Notes: generated by a model from the letters alone, not told the origin. 64,000 bases of DNA from a bacterium (GCA_963675755.2 CAXXMD010000001.1:96001-160000); one strand, 5' to 3'. Shown: positions 1 through 9,792, numbered from the stretch's first letter. Translations and numbers: made by a program.

Positions 1-1
1 T

Positions 2-1270
2 GCAGACCAGGGAATTACTTTTAATGGTGGTGTTATTAATATTAACGCTTCCGGTGATGTTGTATTGGAAGAATCTGGATTGGGATATGACCCTTCTTAT
101 TGTACGGCAATAAAATCTGACTCTGATGTATTAATTGATAATGCTGTAATTACGATTGTCACCACAGGAAAAGCCGGAAGAGGTATTTCTATAAAAGGCG
201 ACCTTACTATGACATCGGGTACACTCGATATACGTTCAAGTGGAGATGGTGCAAAATATACAAATGAAGAAGGTGTAGCGGATGCATACCATGGACCTGC
301 AATAAAAGCTGATGGTGATATTCATTTTGTTGCCGGTTCATTAACAATTAACCATTCCGGTGATGCAGGTAAAGCTGTATCATGCGATGGAAATATTACT
401 TTGGGCAGTTCGGATACGGAACCTGAAATAAATATAACAACAACCGGCAACTCTGTATCTATCTCGGGAGATACCCGTCACGGTGATAGTGGGGAATCCG
501 CAGAAGCCAAAGCCATAAAAGCGGACAATGTCATAACCGTTGAAAGCGGAAATATTACAATTTCATCCGCAGATGACGGTATTAAATCAGAAACGCAAGT
601 AATGATTAATGGCGGATCCATTAATATTACCGATTCTTATGAAGGTATTGAATCTCCAATTCTGCATGTGAATGGCGGAAACGTTATTGTTTCATCCAGT
701 GATGATGCTTTTAACACTACATATGGAAACGGCGGCGAAACAAACGATGGAAGTGATCTGACCATTAATGACGGCTATGTCTGCCTAAACTCTACCCGTG
801 GAGATGCGCTTGACAGTAATGGTGATCTTACGATTAATGGTGGTACGGTTATCGTGCATGGTACTGACTCTGACCCTGAAGTGGGTGTTGATGTTAACGG
901 AGATTTCCTTGTGAATGGCGGATTCTTTGTGGTTTCCGGAACAAACAATAATATGTTACAATCGCCAATCGGTAATTCCGCTCAATATTCGGTTACATGT
1001 AAAGCAAATCAGAGTATTTCGGCAGGCAGTTTGTTTCACATAGAAGATGATAGTGGTAATAATCTGGTTACATTTGCCCCGAAACGTAAATTCTATTCCA
1101 TTATCTTTTCTTCATCACAATTGGCAAACGGAAAAACCTATAAAATATATACTGGCGGAAGTTCAACCGGAAACCTTGAGAATGGATTATATACTAATGG
1201 TACCTATTCCGGAGGGACATTAAAGAAAACATTTACATTATCAAGTAAATCTCAAGTTGTATCTTTTTAG
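2..1270 (+). CDS. Cthe_2159/DUF4353-type carbohydrate-binding beta-helix protein (5' truncated by window edge)
   Basis: Frame is open from base 2. Repeated 'I.GG.I.I...DDG/EGIE/DA.DSNG' beta-helix motifs; C-terminal 'SIIFSS.QL..G.TY.IYTGG' typical of the family. Confidence 0.8.
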   Translation, partial: ADQGITFNGGVININASGDVVLEESGLGYDPSYCTAIKSDSDVLIDNAVITIVTTGKAGRGISIKGDLTMTSGTLDIRSSGDGAKYTNEEGVADAYHGPAIKADGDIHFVAGSLTINHSGDAGKAVSCDGNITLGSSDTEPEINITTTGNSVSISGDTRHGDSGESAEAKAIKADNVITVESGNITISSADDGIKSETQVMINGGSINITDSYEGIESPILHVNGGNVIVSSSDDAFNTTYGNGGETNDGSDLTINDGYVCLNSTRGDALDSNGDLTINGGTVIVHGTDSDPEVGVDVNGDFLVNGGFFVVSGTNNNMLQSPIGNSAQYSVTCKANQSISAGSLFHIEDDSGNNLVTFAPKRKFYSIIFSSSQLANGKTYKIYTGGSSTGNLENGLYTNGTYSGGTLKKTFTLSSKSQVVSF

Positions 1271-1304
1271 TAGAGTGTTGAGATTTTCAATTAGGCAGTA
1301 TATT

Positions 1305-1330
1305 GCTCCCCCGACTCTGGTTGGGGGAGC
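1305..1330. terminator. GC-rich hairpin between convergent genes
   Basis: GCTCCCCCGAC-TCTG-GTTGGGGGAGC stem-loop; no clear U-tract. Confidence 0.55.
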
Positions 1331-1398
1331 TGTAATCATCCGCGTTCATCTGCGTGAATCTGTGGTTAATTTCTCCCTGAAGAGGGTTATGATTACAG
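1330..1398. repeat. 10-bp inverted repeat enclosing a 3x10-nt tandem repeat
   Basis: CTGTAATCAT (1330-1339) and ATGATTACAG (1389-1398); ATCCGCGTTC ATCTGCGTGA ATCTGTGGTT at 1338-1367. Confidence 0.6.
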
Positions 1399-1404
1399 TA
1401 GACA

Positions 1405-2151
1405 TTATCTTTCCCCAATCAAATCTTTGATCTTTGTTAACATGTTTTCATAATGCGTGCCGGGCCAATAGATGTTGCCGCAGCCGGAGCATTGGTGAAA
1501 TTCGTTGAAATATTGTTCGGTTTTTGGAGGGAGACGATCCCGGATGGCTTGCTTGTCCACGGGTACGAGCAGGCCGTTGCACTCGATGCAGCGGCTGAAC
1601 GGATTCGCCTGTCCTCGCAGGTCCAGGCGATCCAGGATTTCTTTTAGCTGTTGTTCCGGTTCGGTATGATGCAGGTATGCGCCATGCGTAACACGGCTAT
1701 TTTTTAAAATACCGCGATCACGTGTGAGAATGATACGGTGCTCTTTGCGTGCAATATCAATAATCTCATCATCTTCGTAATCGTTGCGGTAGAGGGTGTC
1801 GAATCCGGCCATGCGTAAAAGTCGGGACAGCTTGCCGAGATGCACATCCAAAATGAATCTGGATTCCCGCAAAGGTTTGGATCGTAAGCGGATGAGAGGG
1901 GAGATATCCATACTTTCAAATACAGGATAGACTGCGATACGGTCATTGTGCCGGAGTTTATAATCAAATCCCACCGATATTCCGTTGGCGAGAATGATTT
2001 CTACCTCGGTATGGGGTACACCGCAAGCCTCTATGGCATCCTTGATGCCGGGATTGCCGTTGAATGTATAGGTAAAAGTAGTTTTGCGCTGTTCCGGTTG
2101 AAGAAAGTCGTTCAGTTCTTCGTAAAATCGAAATTCGGCTGTATTGGACAT
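1405..2151 (-). CDS. Ubiquitin-like (Ub-Mut7C) + Mut7-C PIN-fold RNase domain protein
   Basis: N-terminal 'FRFYEELNDFL...IKDAIEACGVPHTEV'; 'RFILDVHLGKLSRLLRMAGFD', 'ILTRDR', Zn-ribbon 'RCIECNG...CSGCGNIYWPGTH'. Confidence 0.9.
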   Translation of the reverse strand: MSNTAEFRFYEELNDFLQPEQRKTTFTYTFNGNPGIKDAIEACGVPHTEVEIILANGISVGFDYKLRHNDRIAVYPVFESMDISPLIRLRSKPLRESRFILDVHLGKLSRLLRMAGFDTLYRNDYEDDEIIDIARKEHRIILTRDRGILKNSRVTHGAYLHHTEPEQQLKEILDRLDLRGQANPFSRCIECNGLLVPVDKQAIRDRLPPKTEQYFNEFHQCSGCGNIYWPGTHYENMLTKIKDLIGER

Positions 2152-2165
2152 GTTAACCGTTGTGG

Positions 2166-3545
2166 TTACGATTTAACCAGTTCGAATTTCGCGGTAAAAT
2201 GGCGCAGGAACGGAGCCTGCTCGGTTATTTTTACTCCACGTATATTTTCTTTGGTGTCATTAACCTCCAGAATAGATTCTACAACATAATCGATATGGCT
2301 CTGGGTATAAACCCGTCGCGGAATAGCGAGCCGCACCAGCTCCATAGGTGCGGGGAGTTCTGCCCCGGTTTCCGGATCTTTACGGGCAAACATGACCGAA
2401 CCGATCTCGACAGTTCGAATTCCCGCTGCAAGATACAACTCGATAGACAGCGCTTGTCCCGGATACTGCTCTACAGGTATGTGCGGCAGCATGGTCTTGG
2501 CATCAATATAGATTGCGTGTCCCCCCGGCGGTTGTACTATTGGCACGCCGTAATCCGAGATATGCCTGCCCAGATACTGGGTGGAGGCAATACGATAGCG
2601 AAGGTAATCTTCATTCAGAATCTCTTTGAGCCCAATGGCAATGGCTTCCAGATCGCGACCTGCGAGTCCGCCATAGGTGGGGAATCCCTCGGTGAGAATG
2701 AGCAAGTCACTTTCCTGGCGGGCCAGGTTGGCGTCATTGGTGCAGAGGAATCCGCCTATATTTACCAAGGCATCTTTTTTAGCGGACATGGTACAGCCGT
2801 CCGCATACGAGAACATTTCGTGCACAATTTCTTTAACGGTCTTGTTTGCGTATCCTGCTTCACGTTTTTTAATAAACCAGGCATTTTCGGCAAAGCGGCA
2901 GGCATCGAAATAAAAAGGGATTTTGTGCTTGTGTGCAATGGCTGCCACCGAGCGGATGTTGGCCATGGATACCGGTTGTCCGCCACCGGAATTGTTGGTG
3001 ATGGTGAGCATGATAAGCGGCACACGATCTACACCCACCTCGTTGATGGTTTTGAGAAGGGCGTCTGTATCCATATCGCCTTTGAAGGGCAGAGGATTTG
3101 CAGGATCAAGCGCTTCCGGTTTGAGCAGGTCCCGGGCCTCGGCACCCTGGAATTCAACATTGGCGCGGGTAGTATCGAAATGGGTGTTGTTGGGCACCAC
3201 ATCGCCTTTTTTACACAGAATAGAAAAGAGAATACGCTCAGCCGCGCGGCCCTGGTGAGTGGGAATGACATGGTCGAATCCGAATATATCCTGCACCGTT
3301 TCCTGCATGTGATACCAGCTTTTGCTGCAGGCATATGCCTCGTCCCCGCGCATAATGCCGGCCCACTGCTCCGAGCTCATGGCAGACGTGCCGCTGTCGG
3401 TAAGCAGGTCAATCAGTACATCGTCGCTGTTGATCTGGAACAGGTTATAGCCTGCTTTTTTCAGGATTTTTTCACGCTCTTTACGGGTGGTCATGCGGAT
3501 AGGTTCTACGGATTTGATTTTAAACGGTTCTATGATAACGGTCAT
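2166..3545 (-). CDS. tnaA: Tryptophanase (PLP beta-eliminating lyase)
   Basis: 'EPFKIKSVEPI', 'IDLLTDSGT', PLP motif 'MSAKKD'. C-terminal 'LRHFTA' has His as in tryptophanase; tyrosine phenol-lyase has LRFFT. Confidence 0.85.
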   Translation of the reverse strand: MTVIIEPFKIKSVEPIRMTTRKEREKILKKAGYNLFQINSDDVLIDLLTDSGTSAMSSEQWAGIMRGDEAYACSKSWYHMQETVQDIFGFDHVIPTHQGRAAERILFSILCKKGDVVPNNTHFDTTRANVEFQGAEARDLLKPEALDPANPLPFKGDMDTDALLKTINEVGVDRVPLIMLTITNNSGGGQPVSMANIRSVAAIAHKHKIPFYFDACRFAENAWFIKKREAGYANKTVKEIVHEMFSYADGCTMSAKKDALVNIGGFLCTNDANLARQESDLLILTEGFPTYGGLAGRDLEAIAIGLKEILNEDYLRYRIASTQYLGRHISDYGVPIVQPPGGHAIYIDAKTMLPHIPVEQYPGQALSIELYLAAGIRTVEIGSVMFARKDPETGAELPAPMELVRLAIPRRVYTQSHIDYVVESILEVNDTKENIRGVKITEQAPFLRHFTAKFELVKS

Positions 3546-3623
3546 ATCCTACTCCTGTGGCTGGATGATTAGCTTTACTGAAAAGAGTAAAATTTTGAGC
3601 AGAGAGTCAAGGAAAAAAAGAGG

Positions 3624-3658
3624 TTAGTTGTCAGTAATCAGTATTCAGTAGTCAGATA
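3624..3658 (+). repeat. Heptamer tandem repeat (TCAGTAN-like x5)
   Basis: TTAGTTG TCAGTAA TCAGTAT TCAGTAG TCAGATA. Confidence 0.7.
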
Positions 3659-3755
3659 TTGGATAAATGATTTGTGGGTATATTGATAAAGTGATTGATT
3701 TGATGGATATTTTTGTTAATTTGAACCATGGCTTTTGTGATTATTAATATCAGGG

Positions 3756-4000
3756 TGTGAAAATCTCCGTCGTCATGTCCGGGCTTCGGGCTGGTATGTG
3801 CAAAGATTGAAATTAAATTTTAACGCAGAGGCCGCCGAGAACGCAGAGATTGCAGAGGAAATAAAATGAATTACCTCGGCGAGCTCCTCGCACTCTGCGT
3901 TTTAAAAAAGGATTGTAAGCAGAACGCATGACCTCGCGTCCGGGACATTTGTAATTCGGTTGTGAAAACCACGGAGGTTAAGTCCGGGCTTCTGGCTGAT
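3756..4000 (+). repeat. Imperfect 40-bp direct repeats (3756-3795, 3961-4000) flanking a hairpin built from 9-mers (3822-3901)
   Basis: TGTGAAAA...GTCCGGGCTTC.GGCTG.T, 31/40 identical by eye. Left arm AACGCAGAG GCCGCCGAG AACGCAGAG ATTGCAGAG pairs with right arm CTCGGCGAG CTCCTCGCA CTCTGCGTT. Confidence 0.65.
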
Positions 4001-4069
4001 GCTGCAAGCGGTAGTCAGGCTGATTAATATAGAAAACAATTAGAAAAGGTATTAGATGAGGAAGAATAA

Positions 4070-4633
4070 TTGAAAAACATATTGTTAATTTTATTATTAT
4101 TCTCAATTACCGTTGGACAAAATATTGAAACTGAATTTTTTATTTCTGATAATGATACAATAGTAGTTAATATTCAATCAAATGTAATAAAAAAAGAAGT
4201 TTTCAGGTCATATGAATTCTATTATAATAATAACTTTATGCATAGATTAAATTTGTCAAAGGTAGATACCAGTTATGATGTCTTTTTAAATTTGGATACA
4301 AGTTTTGTTTATTTGATTCATGGAGGTATTGCTTTAAAGGCAAAAGCTTTTGTAATATTCAGATTTGATGAAAAATTTTTAAATGAAACTTGGAAAACAT
4401 ATGAACCGCCTCGACATGATAAATTATGGAATTATGCGGATTTACATTATTTAGAAATTACTCTTGAAAATGTTTATTATTCTTATGCAGATACTTTATA
4501 TCAATTCATTGTAGATGATGATGGTGACTTTTTGGAAGAATATACATTTGATCAAAAATTACATTTACGCGAAATGGGTTATATTAATAATGTTGGGCAT
4601 AAAATGTGTAAAAAATTTATTAGAGATGATTGA
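4070..4633 (+). CDS. Hypothetical secreted protein, very AT-rich
   Basis: TTG start after GAGGA; signal-peptide-like 'MKNILLILLLFSITVG'; no recognisable domain. Confidence 0.65.
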   Translation: MKNILLILLLFSITVGQNIETEFFISDNDTIVVNIQSNVIKKEVFRSYEFYYNNNFMHRLNLSKVDTSYDVFLNLDTSFVYLIHGGIALKAKAFVIFRFDEKFLNETWKTYEPPRHDKLWNYADLHYLEITLENVYYSYADTLYQFIVDDDGDFLEEYTFDQKLHLREMGYINNVGHKMCKKFIRDD

Positions 4634-4740
4634 CGCATCTTTATGTCTCCAGGGTATGTTGGGCTGAAGATTTGCCCACCATTTTGTTTTAACATAGCCG
4701 ATAGTCCGGACCTCGTGTCCCGGTTAATCGAAATCAGGAT

Positions 4741-4769
4741 AAAAACTCCCGGATGGACCGTCCGAGAGT
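4741..4769 (-). terminator. Intrinsic terminator of the fucosidase gene
   Basis: Minus strand ACTCTCGGA-CGGTCCA-TCCGGGAGT followed by TTTT. Confidence 0.7.
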
Positions 4770-4783
4770 AATATCAAAAGTTT

Positions 4784-6232
4784 TTATTTCATCTCTGTTC
4801 GTAAAACATAACCATATTCTGAAATGCGCTTTGCCGGGAATTGGATTGTTAGACCGTCTGAAGTCTGTTTCCACGCTATCTTTTGTTCACTTCCAAGTAA
4901 CGAAATGTTTTTTATTTCAGGAGCATAATCCATTTGAGGGGAGAGGGACTTGATGGTCACTGTTCCATCTTCCGGCCAGACCAGAGCCATAATGTACAAG
5001 TTGTTGTCTTTTTGAGTAAACCAGAAATCCTGTTCCTGAAAATCTGACCTGAATCCATCTCGTTTACGTTGAGTTGTACTTTTAATTTCAATTTTGGTGG
5101 GTCCTTCATGTGTTACATGCCAGGAATGTGTTCCGTATACAGCTTCGCTGTTGATGGACATCCATTCACCAATTTTGTGCAACTGGTCAATACTTTCCTG
5201 GGGGATGGACCCATCTCCTTTGGGACCAATGTTGAGTAAATAGTTGCCGCCTTTGCTGGCAATTGCCATAATCCAGTAAATCAATTCTTTGGTGGACTTC
5301 CAATCCACATCATAGCTTTTATATCCCCATGTATTGTTCAGGGTACCGGGTGCTTCCCAGTAGACATCGCCTCCTTCACCGTCATCGGGGATTTTATTGT
5401 CACCTGTTACCCAATAGTCACCCCAATCATTACCTACGCGACTGTTGACAAGGCAGTTGGGTTGAATATCGTATACCAGTTTGTAAAATTCAAAGCTCTG
5501 TTCCCGGGTCATATGATTTGCCATGTCGTACCAAATTTCGATGAGGTTTGGTAGCGAGTTCAACAGTTCTACCATTTGCGGTTTGGATTTGACCTCGAGA
5601 TATTCCTCGAAAGAAACCGGTGAGGGGTCCCACATGTTGGCCGGCCAGTCTGCCCATTTGCTCGTATCGTCCGGATTCTCTTTTAAATAATTGAGTACAC
5701 CCGCATTGCCGCCATCCATCCAATCGGTGGAATGAGAATAATAAATACCAAAGCGCAGTCCTTGTTTTTCACATTCCTGTGAGAGGGCTTTGATGGGATC
5801 TATGTCAAAAGGGGTACTGTCAATAATATCATAATCCGTAACTTTCGAATCGTACATTGCAAATCCATCATGGTGTTTGGGCATGGCAATGACATATCGC
5901 ATACCTGCGTCTTTTGCCAGTTTGACCCAGGCTTTTGCATCAAATTTAACCGGATTGAACTGGCTGCATAATTGTTTGTACTCGGCCCTGGGAATTTGCG
6001 CATGATAAAATATCCATTCCCCCAATCCGGGAATTTTCTCGCCATTCCATATTCCTGCAGGCATTGAGTATACTCCCCAGTGAATAAACATGCCAAACTT
6101 GTAATCATTAAATTGTTCCAGCGCCTGGCTTTTAGTCGCGTGCATTGCCTGCCAATCCTGCTGTAAAGAATCATCGGCATAGACTAAAGTGAATAGACTA
6201 AAGAGTGCAATTATTGTAAATCTTTTAATCAT
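4784..6232 (-). CDS. Alpha-L-fucosidase (GH29), secreted
   Basis: 'KFGMFIHWGVYS', 'AGMRY...KHHDGF', nucleophile 'IWYD', 'SKGGNYLLNIGP'; signal peptide. Confidence 0.93.
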   Translation of the reverse strand: MIKRFTIIALFSLFTLVYADDSLQQDWQAMHATKSQALEQFNDYKFGMFIHWGVYSMPAGIWNGEKIPGLGEWIFYHAQIPRAEYKQLCSQFNPVKFDAKAWVKLAKDAGMRYVIAMPKHHDGFAMYDSKVTDYDIIDSTPFDIDPIKALSQECEKQGLRFGIYYSHSTDWMDGGNAGVLNYLKENPDDTSKWADWPANMWDPSPVSFEEYLEVKSKPQMVELLNSLPNLIEIWYDMANHMTREQSFEFYKLVYDIQPNCLVNSRVGNDWGDYWVTGDNKIPDDGEGGDVYWEAPGTLNNTWGYKSYDVDWKSTKELIYWIMAIASKGGNYLLNIGPKGDGSIPQESIDQLHKIGEWMSINSEAVYGTHSWHVTHEGPTKIEIKSTTQRKRDGFRSDFQEQDFWFTQKDNNLYIMALVWPEDGTVTIKSLSPQMDYAPEIKNISLLGSEQKIAWKQTSDGLTIQFPAKRISEYGYVLRTEMK

Positions 6233-6525
6233 TTATATGTCTCCTGTAGAGGGATTAGTCGTACAAACTTTTAATACGAGTTTTGTATTATAAAAAAATT
6301 AAATAATGGTGCTATAATAATGAATTCAATATATGAAAATATTAAAATTTATTTGTTTTTACAATAAACTTTACTATTTTTATAAGTAACGGAACAATTA
6401 TTTTATTTCAGGGGTTTGAAAATAACCAGTTTTTGATGATACTATCAACCAATGGGGTAGATCCAATAAACGATAATTGCTTTCCATAATTATTTCTGGT
6501 GTTCAAATTTTCTAGGAGGGAGAAA

Positions 6526-8859
6526 ATGTTTAAAAGAATAAGCCTGATTTTATTATTCATTTATTATAGTCTTTTAGCGTTACCGATTGATGACAATGTG
6601 TTGTATTTAGATGGTGATGGCGATTATTTAAATCTTCCACAAGCTGTAATCAATTCAACAGCTTTTACGGTTGAAGGGTATGCATATATGCATGGTGCTG
6701 GCGGTGGACTATGGAGTCAAAATCCATTTTTTCAACAGAGAAGTCCATACCTGGGGGATGTTGATAGGTCAACTTTGATTTTTGTGACAGAAAATCAACA
6801 TGGTGAAATCGGAATGGGGTTGGCTTCAATTGGTTATTCTTATCAAGATTATCAGTATAATCCCAGAGCCGATTATGGCGAATGGCACCATTATGCATAT
6901 GTTATAACTGGTGAGAATGTTTATATTTATCTTGATGGTGTGAAAATATTAGAGGATGTGTGCAATCAGCATGGTGATTACACATCAGACATATATTTGA
7001 CGGATATTGGTCGTCATACCATGGTGGATACAGATTATGGATATTTTAATGGAATGCTCAATGAAATGCGAATTTGGAATAAAGAGCTAAGTCAAAGTGA
7101 AATACAGGAGTTGAATTTGGGGCAGATTGACCTGGATTCATTTAATCCCTCTGAAAATGGTTTGGTTGCTTATTGGCGATTTGATGAGATTCAATACAAG
7201 GGTACTGAAAATGGTATTTTACGTACAATTGAGGATTTGTCAGGAAATGGTAATACCGGTACATTAATAGATGATGCTGTAATTGTTGATAACACTGAAT
7301 CAATTAGTGAAAATAAAATCAAAGTTGAATCAGTAATATATAATGAAAATGATGTTGCGTTTATCCCCATTAATGTTGATTTTTCTGAAATTTCAGGTTT
7401 TAATACAATTACTTTTAGTATTGAAAAGTCAGACAAGCTAGAACTGTTACAAGTCATTCCCAATTCTCAACTCGTATCTATACCCAATACAGAAATTTCA
7501 TTTGAAACTGTTGATAATTCGACGGTAATAAATGTGCAAAGCACTGAACCGATTTTATCAGAAGGGCTTTTGGTATGGCTTAAAATGTCTGTTCTTGATA
7601 ATAGCAGTGATTTTATTAATGTCAATCTTGATGCGGCGGAGGTTGGGGGGCTGGGTAGTTCTCCATTAATGATTTCAGGGGCTGTAGTAAAAGCTGCTGA
7701 ACCAAAATCCGGAGATGTTTTTCACGATGGTCTGGTTGATGTAAATGATTGCAAGGCTATTCTTGAGCATATAACAGGTATTCAAGAAATAGATCATGAT
7801 CTTTATGATATTGCAGATGTAAATCAGGATGGTTCAATAACCTCTCTGGATGCTAGTATAATTTTGCAGTATATAAATGGCACTATCGATGAATTACCCG
7901 CTCCATATTCGTTGAATTCTTTTCCAGCTTTTGGCGAGATCGGTTTGGGAGATCCCATACAAGGAACCGGCCAACTCGTTTCAATTCCAATTGTAATGAA
8001 TGATGGTGATAATATCTTTTCATTATCTTGTGAAATTAGTTTTAATAGTGAGAGTTATACATTTAATGGATTTAATATGATTTACAATATTGAGCAATTA
8101 TATTCACGGGCACACTACGGCTGTTTAAAATGGAGCTTTGCGTTGGCTGAACCCCTATCCGGAAATGCAATATTGGGTTATATGCAATTCACTAAAAATA
8201 ATACTGATGCCGGTAGTGCTATAATCGCTAGTGATATTTGCTTGAATGAAATTAATAGTACAGTTCCGGTAGAAATGTCTTCTTTTACGGCTCATAATGA
8301 GGATGGTTGTGTTTTACTCCAGTGGACAACAAAGACAGAAACTAATAATTTGGGATTTCATATATATCGGTCAAGTACCCTGGATGGTCCATGGATGAAA
8401 GTAAATCCATCTATTATCCCAGGTAATTGCACTTCATCAGCAGAAAATAAATATTCTTTTATCGATACAGATATTCAAAATTTTTCAAAAATTTATTATA
8501 AAATTGAGCAATTGGACACGGATGGTAGTGTAGCTACTTTTGGTCCTGTGGAGTTGGAAGAGGTAGATGGAGCTGTACCCAATCGTTTTGCATTAAAACA
8601 AAATTATCCGAATCCATTTAATTCAAATACAAGAATAGAGTATTCAGTGCCCAGAGTCGGATATGTTAATATTTCCATTTTTAATACAAGGGGACAATTG
8701 GTTCGGGAACTATTAAATGCCAATCAATCAGCAGGTAATCACGATCTTGTGTGGCAGGGAACCGATCAATTTGGCAATGTGATCTCTTCCGGTGTTTATT
8801 TGGTAAGAATGACCGCGGGGAATTACAATAATACATTAAAAATGCTTTATGTGAAATAA
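6526..8859 (+). CDS. Secreted multidomain protein: LamG-like, cohesin-like, dockerin, cohesin-like, C-terminal FlgD-Ig/T9SS-type tail
   Basis: AGGAGG RBS. LamG 'EWHHYAYV...IYLDG...FNGMLNEMRIWN'; duplicated Ca-loop dockerin 'GDVFHDGLVDVND...ADVNQDGSITSLDASIILQY'; tail 'PVEMSSFTA' and 'QNYPNPFN...SGVYLVRM'. Confidence 0.8.
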   Translation: MFKRISLILLFIYYSLLALPIDDNVLYLDGDGDYLNLPQAVINSTAFTVEGYAYMHGAGGGLWSQNPFFQQRSPYLGDVDRSTLIFVTENQHGEIGMGLASIGYSYQDYQYNPRADYGEWHHYAYVITGENVYIYLDGVKILEDVCNQHGDYTSDIYLTDIGRHTMVDTDYGYFNGMLNEMRIWNKELSQSEIQELNLGQIDLDSFNPSENGLVAYWRFDEIQYKGTENGILRTIEDLSGNGNTGTLIDDAVIVDNTESISENKIKVESVIYNENDVAFIPINVDFSEISGFNTITFSIEKSDKLELLQVIPNSQLVSIPNTEISFETVDNSTVINVQSTEPILSEGLLVWLKMSVLDNSSDFINVNLDAAEVGGLGSSPLMISGAVVKAAEPKSGDVFHDGLVDVNDCKAILEHITGIQEIDHDLYDIADVNQDGSITSLDASIILQYINGTIDELPAPYSLNSFPAFGEIGLGDPIQGTGQLVSIPIVMNDGDNIFSLSCEISFNSESYTFNGFNMIYNIEQLYSRAHYGCLKWSFALAEPLSGNAILGYMQFTKNNTDAGSAIIASDICLNEINSTVPVEMSSFTAHNEDGCVLLQWTTKTETNNLGFHIYRSSTLDGPWMKVNPSIIPGNCTSSAENKYSFIDTDIQNFSKIYYKIEQLDTDGSVATFGPVELEEVDGAVPNRFALKQNYPNPFNSNTRIEYSVPRVGYVNISIFNTRGQLVRELLNANQSAGNHDLVWQGTDQFGNVISSGVYLVRMTAGNYNNTLKMLYVK

Positions 8860-8868
8860 TAAAAATTT

Positions 8869-8927
8869 TCCGGTATTTACAAGATGCATTTCAAAAGAAG
8901 CAGATACAATAAATACCGGATTTTTTT
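8869..8927 (+). terminator. Probable terminator (11-bp stem, long loop, U-tract)
   Basis: TCCGGTATTTA ... TAAATACCGGA TTTTTTT. Confidence 0.5.
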
Positions 8928-9072
8928 ACAAATTTATCAAGGACTAAACTACGACCTTTTGGCGACAGCGTAAGAGGTATTTGCTTTAAATTTTTGACCT
9001 GTATTATCAATCTGGGATTGAATATTCAAGATAACACGTTTATACAACTGTTACTTACCTCAATAGATAAAA

Positions 9073-9792
9073 TCATTCATTCAACAAGTTTGAAATTTCT
9101 TTACTTATTTTATCTGCCAGTTTGTTATAACCATCCTGATTATAGTGTACATTGCCCTTGGATGCGCTATATTTTTCAAGTTCCGGTTCAACCAGGTTAT
9201 ACAAGTCAATAACCGGGATATTGTTCTCTTGCATGATCTTTTTTGCAATATTGTTTCTGTCAATAACAACCTGGTTCTTATCCGGATCTAACTTTAGATC
9301 AGGTTCATCTGACGGGAAGGGAGTTGTCAAGGAATAGACCAGTTTGCAATTTTTTGATTTTTCAGATTTAAGAAATTTAACAAATTTTCTCAAGTTCATT
9401 TCATATTGGCTATTGTCAAGGTGCCAGCCATGAAGTCCGTTATTAAAATGAATTATTACATGGTTATAATTTGCCATAGCAATTTTTGATTCAATCATCA
9501 ATGATGGATCTGCAATGGATCTGGATGTAGCGTATCGATCGCAATTGACTTGCGGGAGCTTTTCTGAAACTGCTTTATAGTATCCTCTTGAAATAGAATC
9601 CCCAATAAACAATACACGGGGCTTTTCTGTATCGGGTTCATTTGCCCACCAGAAATCGCACCACTCGATTTTTTCACGAATTACTTGTGTTTTCGTGCAA
9701 CCTGTTATAATAAAACCCGTTAATAATATCAAATAAAGTGTTTTTGAAAAAATCATCCTGTTCCATTGAAACCTGGGCATCGCGTTTTTCAT
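9073..9792 (-). CDS. SGNH/GDSL hydrolase, probable lipoprotein
   Basis: 'VLFIGDSIS', 'FNNGLHG', 'GNVHYN'; lipobox-like 'ITGC'. Confidence 0.85.
   Translation of the reverse strand: MKNAMPRFQWNRMIFSKTLYLILLTGFIITGCTKTQVIREKIEWCDFWWANEPDTEKPRVLFIGDSISRGYYKAVSEKLPQVNCDRYATSRSIADPSLMIESKIAMANYNHVIIHFNNGLHGWHLDNSQYEMNLRKFVKFLKSEKSKNCKLVYSLTTPFPSDEPDLKLDPDKNQVVIDRNNIAKKIMQENNIPVIDLYNLVEPELEKYSASKGNVHYNQDGYNKLADKISKEISNLLNE

Noticed and set aside
2160-3572. 470-aa plus-strand ORF antisense to tnaA
   Set aside because: It mirrors a conserved, GC-richer gene codon for codon and has no recognisable motifs, so it is a shadow ORF.
4676-4728. Possible integron attC site after the AT-rich ORF
   Set aside because: It is too short, the R boxes do not match RYYYAAC/GTTRRRY, and there is no integrase in the window.
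8935-8995. Possible c-di-GMP riboswitch-like sequence
   Set aside because: It lacks the conserved GNRA/receptor core and lies between convergent gene ends rather than in a leader.
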